Assembly (NCBI GenBank): GCA_964518475.1
Contig: CAZFGR010000001.1
Coordinates: 118,308 to 150,307, forward strand
Source of the DNA: an uncultured Nitrososphaerota archaeon
GTDB lineage: Archaea > Asgardarchaeota > Njordarchaeia > Njordarchaeales > Njordarchaeaceae
Reading direction: 5' to 3'
Length of the DNA stretch: 32,000 bases
The position numbers were made by a program, and so were the translations under genes. Under the pieces are notes generated by a model. The model saw nothing but the letters and a program-made list of their open reading frames with translations. It did no database searches and was not told the DNA's origin. Of this stretch, positions 16,670 through 24,776 are shown in pieces (the first letter of the stretch is position 1; each line of letters starts with the position of its first letter).

Positions 16670-17030
16670 GAGGGCACGGCCATCCCCGGCGGGAAAGCCT
16701 CCCTACTCTCTGATCTCGAATCTCAACTTTTCCCCGCTTAGTCTCGGAGCATAGGGGCGCTGGGTTAGGCGCGCTCCCTTCCGGGCCTACGCCGATTCCC
16801 CACCGCCCCACGACGGGCTCCTAGACACCCGCCTTCCAGCGGGTGTCTAGGAGCACGCCCCTATCCCCGAGAGGCGGGGAATCATCGTCTCGATTCGAGA
16901 TCAGAGAGTAGGGTTTTAACTTCCCCATCCGGGGACTTTCGGGCCCGCCATATCGGGGATTTGCGGCCGGAACCGCTGTGCGGTTCCGGGAGGGACCCCG
17001 AGCCCCTCGCCCTAGCCGTGCCTTTCTCCC
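16670..17030 (-). ncRNA. ffs: Signal recognition particle RNA (7S/SRP RNA); ends approximate (+/- ~30 nt)
   Basis: A GC-rich island in AT-rich DNA. The minus strand has the helix 8 motif GUAGGCCCGGAAGGGAGCGC (complement of 16771-16790). A 16-bp helix 6-like hairpin is closed by U-GGAA-G (16817-16854). The Alu-domain-like 5' part is GAGGG-loop-CCCUC followed by the perfect hairpin CCGGAACCGC-ACAG-GCGGUUCCGG and CCCCGAUAUGGCGGG. A long helix 5 rod includes a perfect 22-bp segment (16701-16722 with 16892-16913). The ends pair (16673-16680 with 17015-17022). A TATA-like catatatattta lies about 25 nt upstream (17049-17060). Confidence 0.85.
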
Positions 17031-17202
17031 TAGCCTAGTTAGGGTATCTAAATATATATGTGTTTTCTTATTTAATATATTGCTTCCTGGTGGCTTTTAA
17101 AGTCTTAACTCTTCATACAATAAAGAAAAATAATGGTGCAATTATATGAATTGAGGTCTTCTCAGAAGTGGTCTCGTTTAGCCTATATTTTAGTCTTGTA
17201 AC

Positions 17203-17469
17203 TCATATTCTAGAAATGGATTTTATTTCTGCACTGGCTCCTTCGATACTGTTTAGGATCTCTTCAAGTTGCCTAATTTTTTCTTCTTTCTCGGGGACAA
17301 GAAAAGCTATTATCAACTTATTTATTCCGAATGCTAATGGCTCTATCTTGTGATCTTTTATTTCAATATCATCAGGAAGGCTCTCCTTAAGATCCTTTAA
17401 AACGCGTTCTAGGTCCGTATCTGTATCATCTGGATATATTTCCACAATAACAGCGTTGTAGGCTGTCAT
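17203..17469 (-). CDS. ef1b: Translation elongation factor aEF-1 beta
   Basis: 88 aa with an ATG start. MTAYNAVIVEIYPDDTDTDLERVLKDLKE...IEPLAFGINKLIIAFLVPEKEE...LEEILNSIEGASAEI matches the size and conserved pattern of archaeal EF-1beta. Confidence 0.85.
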   Translation of the reverse strand: MTAYNAVIVEIYPDDTDTDLERVLKDLKESLPDDIEIKDHKIEPLAFGINKLIIAFLVPEKEEKIRQLEEILNSIEGASAEIKSISRI

Positions 17470-17481
17470 ACCTATACCACC

Positions 17482-17745
17482 TTAAGGATACTCATAACCA
17501 CATACAGGACATTTAGCAATATTTCCAGCCTTTCTACATTTAGAACATCTAATAAGAACACCCTCTCCACAGTTTGGACACTGCATTGCTATAGCTCCTA
17601 TGTCTCTCGGAGAGATAACTTTGCTGCACGAGGAGCACCTAGGCATATCAATGTACCTTGGCTCAGTAATGCTCCTCCGATCTCTTATTGTTGGCATCTC
17701 GTTTTCTTCTCTTCTAGCTACTCTGAAGAGATTCGCTACCTTCAT
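17482..17745 (-). CDS. Zn-ribbon protein of the kind commonly encoded next to aEF-1beta in archaea (predicted RNA-binding, translation-associated)
   Basis: It has four CxxC pairs (CSSCSK..., CPNCGEG, CSKCRK, CPVCGYEYP). It lies immediately upstream of ef1b on the same strand with a 12-nt gap. The internal Met (MPTIRDRR) is an alternative start. Confidence 0.7.
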   Translation of the reverse strand: MKVANLFRVARREENEMPTIRDRRSITEPRYIDMPRCSSCSKVISPRDIGAIAMQCPNCGEGVLIRCSKCRKAGNIAKCPVCGYEYP

Positions 17746-17820
17746 GGGAATCCCTCAAGAATTAAAAATATTAATGGTGAGAAAAACTAGATATGGCTAT
17801 AAAAGTTTTAGGGATTTACA

Positions 17821-18813
17821 ATGGATAGGGATGAGTTTATTAAGAGGCTAAAACCTGTCCAAGACATTACTATTCGAAAGGATATGAAAGTAAGGGAGCT
17901 GATAGAAGAATTCTCAAAAATTGGGGGATTTGTCGCTAAAAAAGTGTATATAGCAGCAGAAATTCTTGCAGACATGCTATTAGATGATAAAAGCACGAAC
18001 TTTCTAGCTTTCCCAGCAGCTATTATCGCTACTGGTTTACGAGGAGTAATCGTTGAGATGGTGAAAAGAGGGTTCTTTGATGTTATAATTACGACATGCG
18101 GGACTATTGATCATGATATTGCTAGAACGCGGCGGAGATATTATCAGGGATGGTTTGAGGCTGATGACTTATGGCTAAATGAGATGAATATTCATAGGCT
18201 TGGAAATATCTTTATTCCGATAGAAAATTACGGAATTATAATAGAGGAAGTTGCACAAAAACTCTTAAAGAAGCTATGGAGAGAGGGAATATCAAGGATT
18301 TCAACGAGAGAATTAATTTGGCAATTAGCTGATGTCATTGATGAGCAGAAAGACTCTCGAGAAAAAAGCCTCATATGGTGGGCTCGAAGGAAAGGAATTC
18401 CTATATATGTTCCTGGGATAACCGATGGAGCTTTTGGATATCAGATATGGCTCTTTTCTCAAGACAAAGACTTTATCATTGATATCCTAAGAGACGAGAC
18501 GGAAATATCTGAGATAATATATGATTCAGAAAGAACCGGAGCTCTAATAATAGGGGGAGGCATTTCAAAACATCACGTAATATGGTGGAATCAATTCAAA
18601 GAGGGTTTAAATCGAGCAGTGTACATTACAACGGCAGTTGAATGGGATGGCTCCTTGTCTGGAGCAAGAACTAGAGAAGCGATTTCTTGGGGAAAAATCT
18701 CTAAGAAAGCCCAACACGTCACTGTAGAAGGGGATGCAACATATATTCTGCCTCTACTAGCTAGTTATTTGATAGATAAAGTAGGAGAGAGAAAGAATAA
18801 GAAACTCCTATGA
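17821..18813 (+). CDS. dys: Deoxyhypusine synthase
   Basis: ATG start, 330 aa. DHS motifs ITTCGTIDHD, IPIYVPGITDGAFG, GGGISKHH and the catalytic-Lys motif EAISWGKI are present. Confidence 0.9.
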   Translation: MDRDEFIKRLKPVQDITIRKDMKVRELIEEFSKIGGFVAKKVYIAAEILADMLLDDKSTNFLAFPAAIIATGLRGVIVEMVKRGFFDVIITTCGTIDHDIARTRRRYYQGWFEADDLWLNEMNIHRLGNIFIPIENYGIIIEEVAQKLLKKLWREGISRISTRELIWQLADVIDEQKDSREKSLIWWARRKGIPIYVPGITDGAFGYQIWLFSQDKDFIIDILRDETEISEIIYDSERTGALIIGGGISKHHVIWWNQFKEGLNRAVYITTAVEWDGSLSGARTREAISWGKISKKAQHVTVEGDATYILPLLASYLIDKVGERKNKKLL

Positions 18814-18840
18814 TTGCTATTATGATTTTATGATTATCTA

Positions 18841-18895
18841 TCAGAGCGTCGCGAGATCTTCATGAGGATCCGATTGGAGTGGCTTCATCATGCTC
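18841..18895 (-). ncRNA. C/D-box sRNA (2'-O-methylation guide)
   Basis: The minus strand reads gc-ATGATGA(C)-agccactccaat(12 nt)-CGGA(D')-tcctc-ATGAAGA(C')-tctcgcgacgct(12 nt)-CTGA(D). Both guides have the canonical archaeal 12-nt spacing, and total size is about 55 nt. A TATA-like gtataatcttta lies about 25 nt upstream on the minus strand (18917-18928). Confidence 0.65.
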
Positions 18896-18977
18896 TAAAT
18901 GAATTTTGCAGAGTAAAGATTATACGCGGACGAGATTAAACATAAATTTAAAGTTCCCAATCTAGATTAAACCTTGC

Positions 18978-19046
18978 ATGCCCCCGAGTCGGGGAGGCGG
19001 ACCTAGAAAGATCTCTAGGGATGACTTCCTCCCCACGGGGGCTACA
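18978..19046 (+). ncRNA. Unclassified GC-rich hairpin RNA with a K-turn-like motif and a 3' ACA
   Basis: Nested helices: GCCCCCG/CGGGGGC (18980-18986 with 19036-19042), GGGGAGG/CCTCCCC (18991-18997 with 19028-19034) and apical CCTAGA/TCTAGG (19002-19007 with 19014-19019). GA at 19000-19001 faces GAU-GA at 19020-24, giving tandem sheared G.A plus a 3-nt bulge only on the plus strand. After the stem come t-ACA and a T-rich tract. TATA-like aaatttaaag lies about 27 nt upstream. Confidence 0.4.
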
Positions 19047-19053
19047 TTATTTA

Positions 19054-19662
19054 TTACTCTTCTTTTAACACTTCTTTCAGAATTCTCTCTATCTCGTCTT
19101 CTTTAACTTTAACCTCTTTCTTCTTAGGAATCTTTATTCCTTCACGTTCTGCAATTTTTTCAACTAATTTTTCTGCTGACTCATCCAGGTCACTTTCCGA
19201 TATTTCACCAAGCGTCTCTGTAAAAAGTTCTTCCGTACTTGCTATTTTCTCAGATGTTTTAGCTAATTCCGAAAAGGCTTCCATTAGTTCTTTATCCCCA
19301 ACCATCGTAGCTACCTGCGTAATATTAGGAGCTAGTTCCTTAATGGAATCTGCCAGATCTTTTATTATTTCGCCGCGTTCTATATAGCCTCGAAAAGTAC
19401 TTACTAGAGATCTGATTCTTGTAGCACTTATTAATCCTCTATCAAGTAAAATTGCTTGTTTTGCATGTTCCCTAGCTAAATCTATATTCCCACTTCTTAA
19501 TGCTTCCCTAATCCTTATTATTTCTTTCTTCCTACGCTCTCTAAGCTCCATTTCATGCCTTTCTAATCTTCTTTCAAGTATTCTCAACTTTATCTTGATA
19601 TTAGTTTTAGTAGGGGATGGTTCCCCTCTTAACCACTTCCAGAATTTTTTAAGAACAGACAT
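19054..19662 (-). CDS. ESCRT-III / Snf7-family (CdvB-like) protein
   Basis: 202 aa, ATG start. It has a basic N-terminal helical hairpin (KIKLRILERRLERHEMELRERRKKEIIRIREALRSGNIDLAREHAKQAILLDR) and an acidic C-terminal half, the charge asymmetry and length typical of Snf7-domain proteins. There is no C-terminal winged helix. The call rests on pattern, not alignment. Confidence 0.55.
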   Translation of the reverse strand: MSVLKKFWKWLRGEPSPTKTNIKIKLRILERRLERHEMELRERRKKEIIRIREALRSGNIDLAREHAKQAILLDRGLISATRIRSLVSTFRGYIERGEIIKDLADSIKELAPNITQVATMVGDKELMEAFSELAKTSEKIASTEELFTETLGEISESDLDESAEKLVEKIAEREGIKIPKKKEVKVKEDEIERILKEVLKEE

Positions 19663-19730
19663 CCAAAAACACCAGATTATAAACTATGAATTATTAAGAG
19701 TTATTAGCTATATTATCGTTTTTCTAACAA

Positions 19731-21668
19731 CTACTGGTTAAGCTCTTTGATGACTTGTTGCAGTTTTTCCCGTAATCGCTCACTAACAGTCTTTCCATCG
19801 ATTTTTCCTCGGACAATTTTCATCACGTCACCCATTAGGGGTTTGAATGCCCTTTCTCTTCGCTTCTTTACCAATTCAATATTATTTCTTATAATTTTCT
19901 CTATTATCTTATCCAATTCCTCAAGAGAGATCTTCTTGATACCTAACTCTTTTAGAATATCACTAATCTCCCTCTCTGGATTCTTAGATAATTCTTTAAG
20001 AACCTCTGGAAGAGCTTCTTTGGAGAGTTCTCCTTTCTTATAGTATATGAAAACCTGTACTAATTTTTCATCTGGGATTCTGTCCACTAAGAAGCCCTCT
20101 CTCCTTAGACTCGTCATTGTTTCCAGGATTACTGTTGCTACTAGTTTTGGCGGAACTCCTATTCTAACTATTTCCTCAAAGACCTCGCTTCTCTCGGAAA
20201 GTACAATTCGTTCAGCGTATTCTTTACTTAATCCGTACTCTTTCATGTATCTTTCAACACGTTTCCATGGATACTCTGGAAGAGATTTCATGATTCTCTC
20301 AATAATCGATCTATTGAGAACGATGGGTGGTGAATCCGTGTCTGGGTATAACCTAGCAGCCCCTCCTAAAGGTCTTTCGAAACTAGTGGTTCCGTCAGGA
20401 TTAGCTTTACGAGTCTCTGTGGGAACACCATCTAGTGCTTCTTTTGCTCTCTCTCGTACCTCTTCTAGCGCCTCTATGGCTTTTTTCTCTGGCCCAACTA
20501 CTATAACGATGCAATCTCTCTCCCTATCCGCTTTCAAAACTTCAAACAACTTTTCTTTCTCTTCTTTCGATATTCCATACGCTGGTAACTCATCTGTATG
20601 AATTATTCCCTTTAACCCAGTTATTACGGAAACTCTTTCAGCAAACTCCTTTCCAAATCTCTTACCCGGCAAGATCTCTCTTCCTAATAATCCGCCAAAG
20701 TTGGGTAGCTTTATGGCGAAAACTTTTTCTCCTCTTTTAATTGCTCTTGAAATGAATTTTGCCTCAGTCCCCATGAAAATATCAGTCACGTCTATTATCG
20801 GCTCCTTTTCGATGCTTTCTTTCGTAACACCTCTTGCCTTAAGTTCTTCTGCAATTTTAATTAAAGCTAGTTGTCTCTTTATCTCGTTATCTATTAATGA
20901 CTTAAACCATTCTGGTCGTTGCACTCCCTTAATTTCTACTCTGTTTCCGCCTTTAATACTAACATTTATGTCTTGTCGAATCGTTCCAATGCCTCTTAAC
21001 ACTTTTTTCGTAGCTCGTAAGAGAGCACCGATTCTTAATGCGGCATCCAAGACCTCTTCAGGAGAAGATAGTGATGCATCAGTGGTTATTTCAACGAGAG
21101 GTATTCCTAGTCTATCCACTCTATATACGGTTTCTTTATCATTTTCAGCGATTTTTCTAGCAGCATCCTCCTCCAGACATAACTGAAGAATTCGTAATCG
21201 CTTTCCGTTTGATAATTCAACATAACCATCAAGCCCAACAATTACTGTTCTTTGAAAACCAGAAGGAACGCTACCATCTAAGTATTGTTTTCTAGATACT
21301 AGCAAGATATCTGGGATTTTCATATTGAATAAAAGCGCAATCATTAGTGCTATCTCTAACGCTTCTTGCGAAATTTCATAAGGTGGTATCTCGTCTAACT
21401 CATACAAGCATGTTGTATCCTTATAAGCTTCATAGATAATTGTCTTTCTCTTCTTGAACTCTTTTTGCATTGTAGGATCTATCTCACCCGTCTCTCCAAG
21501 TGTGGGTCTCATGAACCTAATAACTCTAATATCAGGATCATCCCGCCTAAGTATAGGAGGACAGTAACAGAATAGTTTTCGTGAAGTCTTTAATTGCTGG
21601 TGAATCTCCAGCCCAACCTTTAATCCAACCTCTCTATAGAAGTCGCTCTCAACACTTTCCGCGGCCAT
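19731..21668 (-). CDS. gatE: Glutamyl-tRNA(Gln) amidotransferase subunit E (archaeal GatE)
   Basis: GLEIHQQL near the N-terminus, a GatB/E core, the GatE-specific insertion and a C-terminal YqeY-like tail (PLMGDVMKIVRGKIDGKTV). The track start is GTG at 21677. The ATG at 21668 (MAAESVES) is more likely. Confidence 0.92.
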   Translation of the reverse strand: MAAESVESDFYREVGLKVGLEIHQQLKTSRKLFCYCPPILRRDDPDIRVIRFMRPTLGETGEIDPTMQKEFKKRKTIIYEAYKDTTCLYELDEIPPYEISQEALEIALMIALLFNMKIPDILLVSRKQYLDGSVPSGFQRTVIVGLDGYVELSNGKRLRILQLCLEEDAARKIAENDKETVYRVDRLGIPLVEITTDASLSSPEEVLDAALRIGALLRATKKVLRGIGTIRQDINVSIKGGNRVEIKGVQRPEWFKSLIDNEIKRQLALIKIAEELKARGVTKESIEKEPIIDVTDIFMGTEAKFISRAIKRGEKVFAIKLPNFGGLLGREILPGKRFGKEFAERVSVITGLKGIIHTDELPAYGISKEEKEKLFEVLKADRERDCIVIVVGPEKKAIEALEEVRERAKEALDGVPTETRKANPDGTTSFERPLGGAARLYPDTDSPPIVLNRSIIERIMKSLPEYPWKRVERYMKEYGLSKEYAERIVLSERSEVFEEIVRIGVPPKLVATVILETMTSLRREGFLVDRIPDEKLVQVFIYYKKGELSKEALPEVLKELSKNPEREISDILKELGIKKISLEELDKIIEKIIRNNIELVKKRRERAFKPLMGDVMKIVRGKIDGKTVSERLREKLQQVIKELNQ

Positions 21669-21892
21669 AAGAATCACACTAGTTTTTAGACTTTTCTAAG
21701 CCAAAAGTTTCAGCTTTGTCTTACTAAGTTAAGTTTTCCCTTTCTTATGTAGTTAAAGCTTTTTTCGCAAGATTGCTTAGGAAAAGTGGGGTATCAATAA
21801 TCCCCCTAGAACATAGCGCTAAGCAAACTCTGTCCGAGAAATTTAGTTTTAAAGCATAATAACAGCTACCCACAATACGTTTTTCAAGTGTC

Positions 21893-22570
21893 TTATACAT
21901 AACGACTTACTTGATAAATTGCTTCCTCAGCAGCTTTTCCTCGGACAATAATATAATAAGGTTCCTTCTTACTTAGCTCTAATAACTCCATTCTATAAAT
22001 TGAGGGAGCTAATTTAGAGAGAATCGTTAATCGAATAGCACTTCTGAATACTGGTTCTATGCCGGTTCCTCTTATAGCTATTGTCGGATAAGCAACAAAA
22101 GGTCTATCAAGGTTCAAGACTCGTAAGATAACTGTTATGGGGAGAGCATCTATTAAATCTCTCTTATTCAGAGCAATCACTAGAGGAATCGTCTTAAACC
22201 TGCTTCCAAAAAATGTTTTAAGTTCATTCATACTCTCTAGATTTTCCCTTATTGCCCTAGGATCACTATCAGCCACGAAGATTATTCCATCCACTCCCTT
22301 CAATAGAATAATCCTTTGTTTACGATGCCTTTTTTGACCAGGAGCAGCATATACGTCACAGTATATGTTATTATGAATTTGTACTGTAGTATAATCGAAG
22401 AAAATTGTTCTCCCATCATCCTGCTCAATAGATAAAACTTTTGCTACTTTATCAGGATTCATACTCTTAAAGCTTCTCAGCATCGTTGTTTTACCGGAAA
22501 GAGATGGCCCATATAGAATTACTTTAAACCTATAACTACCATCTCTAGCAATATATACCACAATTAGCAC
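21893..22570 (-). CDS. MglA-like small Ras-superfamily GTPase
   Basis: It aligns by eye along most of its length with Myxococcus MglA. Shared elements: KVILYGPSLSGKTTML (G1), GRTIFFDY (switch I), AAPGQ (the MglA-type PGQ G3), LLKGVDGIIFVADS and NKRDL (G4). GTG start. Confidence 0.85.
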   Translation of the reverse strand: MLIVVYIARDGSYRFKVILYGPSLSGKTTMLRSFKSMNPDKVAKVLSIEQDDGRTIFFDYTTVQIHNNIYCDVYAAPGQKRHRKQRIILLKGVDGIIFVADSDPRAIRENLESMNELKTFFGSRFKTIPLVIALNKRDLIDALPITVILRVLNLDRPFVAYPTIAIRGTGIEPVFRSAIRLTILSKLAPSIYRMELLELSKKEPYYIIVRGKAAEEAIYQVSRYV

Positions 22571-23057
22571 CTACTTCACTAGGAACGATTATGCCCTATT
22601 AAATATTTTCAATAGATTAATACATTAATTAACTTTTCGTTTTTTCTGATAATAAGCAAAGCGAAATTATGAATAATATCCCATTTAACGCGTCAGTTAA
22701 TAGCGGATTGGATTGTTGGTAAGAAGTGAAAGTAACTACATTAATAGCCCTTAAGCCCTAGAATATAAATGCTGAAATTCATTGACAAAGCTAATAGAGG
22801 AAGCTCTATGTTGGATCACACTATTTGTCATAGAATGACTGGCTCGAAAAGAATATAAGGAAAATGTTAGCGCAAAATTATATATAGCAAGAGCCAGTAT
22901 ATTCTAGATTCTTATCTATCCTGATATCTTAATAAGATGTAATATTCTGGAACCGCAGAACCTTGCCTTCGCTAATTGATAATTAGTTTATAGTCGGAGA
23001 GTGTTATCATAATGTTAGGGATCTCAAGTATCTATATGTGCCTTTAGGTGTACTCTT

Positions 23058-24776
23058 ATGGCTACTCAAGCATTGTCAGTATCTCCAGCAAAATTTTTCG
23101 CTGATAATAGAAGTATAGCTGGGTTTGGTAATCCAGCAAAAGCTTTGTTTACATCGATCAGAGAGTTAGTTGAGAATTCTTTGGATGCTGCTGAGAGTGT
23201 GAATGTATTACCAGAAATTAAAGTTAGATTAAGAAAACCAACTTCTGATGAACTGAGAGAATTAATTGGAATATCCGACGAAATACACAAACGACTTTTA
23301 GAACTCCAGGGAGCTCCAGAAGAAAGTGATTCAGAACAAGCCGAGACCGAGCCTTCTGCGGAAATCTTTGAATTAATAGTGGCCGATAACGGATCTGGAA
23401 TGTCGTATGACGAAATTCCTTTCCTTATGGGTCGCGTTTTAACATCGACTAAATATTCCCTCATACAGCAGAGAGGAAGGTTTGGTCTAGGAGGTAAAAT
23501 GGTAATAATTTACTCATTAATGGAAACTAATGCTCCAGTGGAGATCTGGAGTGCTAGGAAAAAAGATCCTTACGTTTCCCATTATTTGCTAAAAATTGAT
23601 CTGATAAAAAATGAACCCATAATCAAACTTCGTAAAAAAATACCTAAGAATAAATTCCGTGACCCATGGAATAGGCCACTGGAGCACGGTACCATTATAA
23701 AGGTATTCGTATTAGGGGATTGGAGACGATCCAGGCGGTACATCTTAGAATACTTTAAACAAATGGCAATTATAACCCCCTACGCAACTTTCATATTTGA
23801 GGATCCTGATGGAAATATCCATGCCTACGAGAGAATAACCGATGAGATGCCGTCTCCCCCCAAACCTTCTAAGTTCCATCTTCAGGGTATTGATGCTCAA
23901 ACGCTCAGCATGCTTCTAAAAAGTAGTAAGGCTAAGACAATCAAGGAATTCCTCATTAAAGAGTTTCAACGCATAGGTCCTAGAACCGCTGAGCAATTCT
24001 TACATGTTGTCGGTATAGATCCAGATACTCCTCTTCGGGAAATAATCCGAAACGAAAAAATAGTTGCTGCATTAGTAGAAGTTGCTAGAAAGTTTAAATT
24101 TAAACCGCCCGATCCCTCTTGCTTATCTCCCCTAGGAACAAAACTACTAGAGGAGGGAATTAAACGAGTCCTAAATCCCGAATTCGTTTATGTGACACAA
24201 CGTAAACCTTTCTCGTACATGGGTCATCCAATGATTGTCGAGATAGGCATAGCTTACGGTGGTAATATCCCACCTGGGATCCATCTATATAGATTCGCTA
24301 ATAGGGTTCCTCTACTATATAAGGAGAAAAGCGATGTTTCTTGGAAAGTATTGGAGAGCATTGATTGGACACGATATGGTGTCAAAAAAGATGAAGACCC
24401 AGTAGCAGTTTTTGTCTCAGTCGTTAGCACTCGTGTTCCTTTTTCTGAGACGTCCAAGGATTTCATTGATGATGTTGATGTATTGCGAAGAGAGATAAAA
24501 TTGGGTATTCTAGAAGGACTTCGAAGACTGCGAGAGTACATAAACAGGAAACGTAGACGAGAACTACAGTTAAGAAGGCGAAGAACGTTCATACATTATG
24601 CTAAAAATCTCGTTAGAAGCATTTCATCCATTCTTAAAACAGACGAAACTCTTCGAGATTTGCCGATTCATTCGGAGGACTTCCTATTTGCTACATTGGC
24701 GGACTTAATAGAACTTAAGGTTGAAAAAACGTCTATAACAGAGCCAGAAGAAGAGGAGAATATTAATGAGCAATGA
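23058..24776 (+). CDS. top6B: DNA topoisomerase VI subunit B
   Basis: Bergerat-fold motifs ELVENSLDA (N box), ADNGSGM (G1) and GRFGLGGK (G2). They are followed by an H2TH-like region, a transducer domain and a basic RRR-rich C-terminal helix. ATG start. Confidence 0.92.
   Translation: MATQALSVSPAKFFADNRSIAGFGNPAKALFTSIRELVENSLDAAESVNVLPEIKVRLRKPTSDELRELIGISDEIHKRLLELQGAPEESDSEQAETEPSAEIFELIVADNGSGMSYDEIPFLMGRVLTSTKYSLIQQRGRFGLGGKMVIIYSLMETNAPVEIWSARKKDPYVSHYLLKIDLIKNEPIIKLRKKIPKNKFRDPWNRPLEHGTIIKVFVLGDWRRSRRYILEYFKQMAIITPYATFIFEDPDGNIHAYERITDEMPSPPKPSKFHLQGIDAQTLSMLLKSSKAKTIKEFLIKEFQRIGPRTAEQFLHVVGIDPDTPLREIIRNEKIVAALVEVARKFKFKPPDPSCLSPLGTKLLEEGIKRVLNPEFVYVTQRKPFSYMGHPMIVEIGIAYGGNIPPGIHLYRFANRVPLLYKEKSDVSWKVLESIDWTRYGVKKDEDPVAVFVSVVSTRVPFSETSKDFIDDVDVLRREIKLGILEGLRRLREYINRKRRRELQLRRRRTFIHYAKNLVRSISSILKTDETLRDLPIHSEDFLFATLADLIELKVEKTSITEPEEEENINEQ

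Noticed and set aside
16701-16913. A perfect 22-bp inverted repeat (16701-16722 with 16892-16913) might be terminal inverted repeats of a MITE or other insertion.
   Set aside because: The enclosed sequence is the conserved S-domain of the SRP RNA, and the repeat continues into further nested helices on both sides. It is RNA secondary structure, not a transposon end.
16933-16940. A minus-strand GAAAGUCC motif, together with a CAGAGAGUAGGGAGGCUUU stretch near 16691-16712, looked like RNase P RNA CR-I/CR-V. It initially suggested that the GC-rich island was RNase P RNA.
   Set aside because: The same RNA contains the SRP helix 8 signature AGGCCCGGAAGGGAGC, a GGAA-capped helix 6, an Alu-domain-like 5' end and an overall rod shape. 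These fit SRP RNA much better. The RNase P-like strings fall inside helix 5 pairing.
18978-19046. Calling the GC-rich hairpin a single-hairpin H/ACA pseudouridylation guide, because of the 3' ACA and the K-turn.
   Set aside because: The internal loops are only 4x1 and 1x2 nt, so there is no pseudouridylation pocket to hold a target. I left it as an unclassified K-turn RNA.
20047-21186. Long antisense ORFs inside gatE (20047-20601, 20701-21186). Similar ones lie inside alaS, rpoA, top6B, rio2 and others: 831-1250, 3040-3315, 3433-3639, 7372-9261, 14005-14385, 15772-16005, 19747-20043, 23066-23464, 24254-24592, 25287-25493, 30232-30672 and 31078-31284.
   Set aside because: All are Ser/Leu/Phe/Ile-rich shadows opposite well-supported genes, as expected for antisense frames of Glu/Lys-rich AT-rich coding sequence. 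None has a motif.
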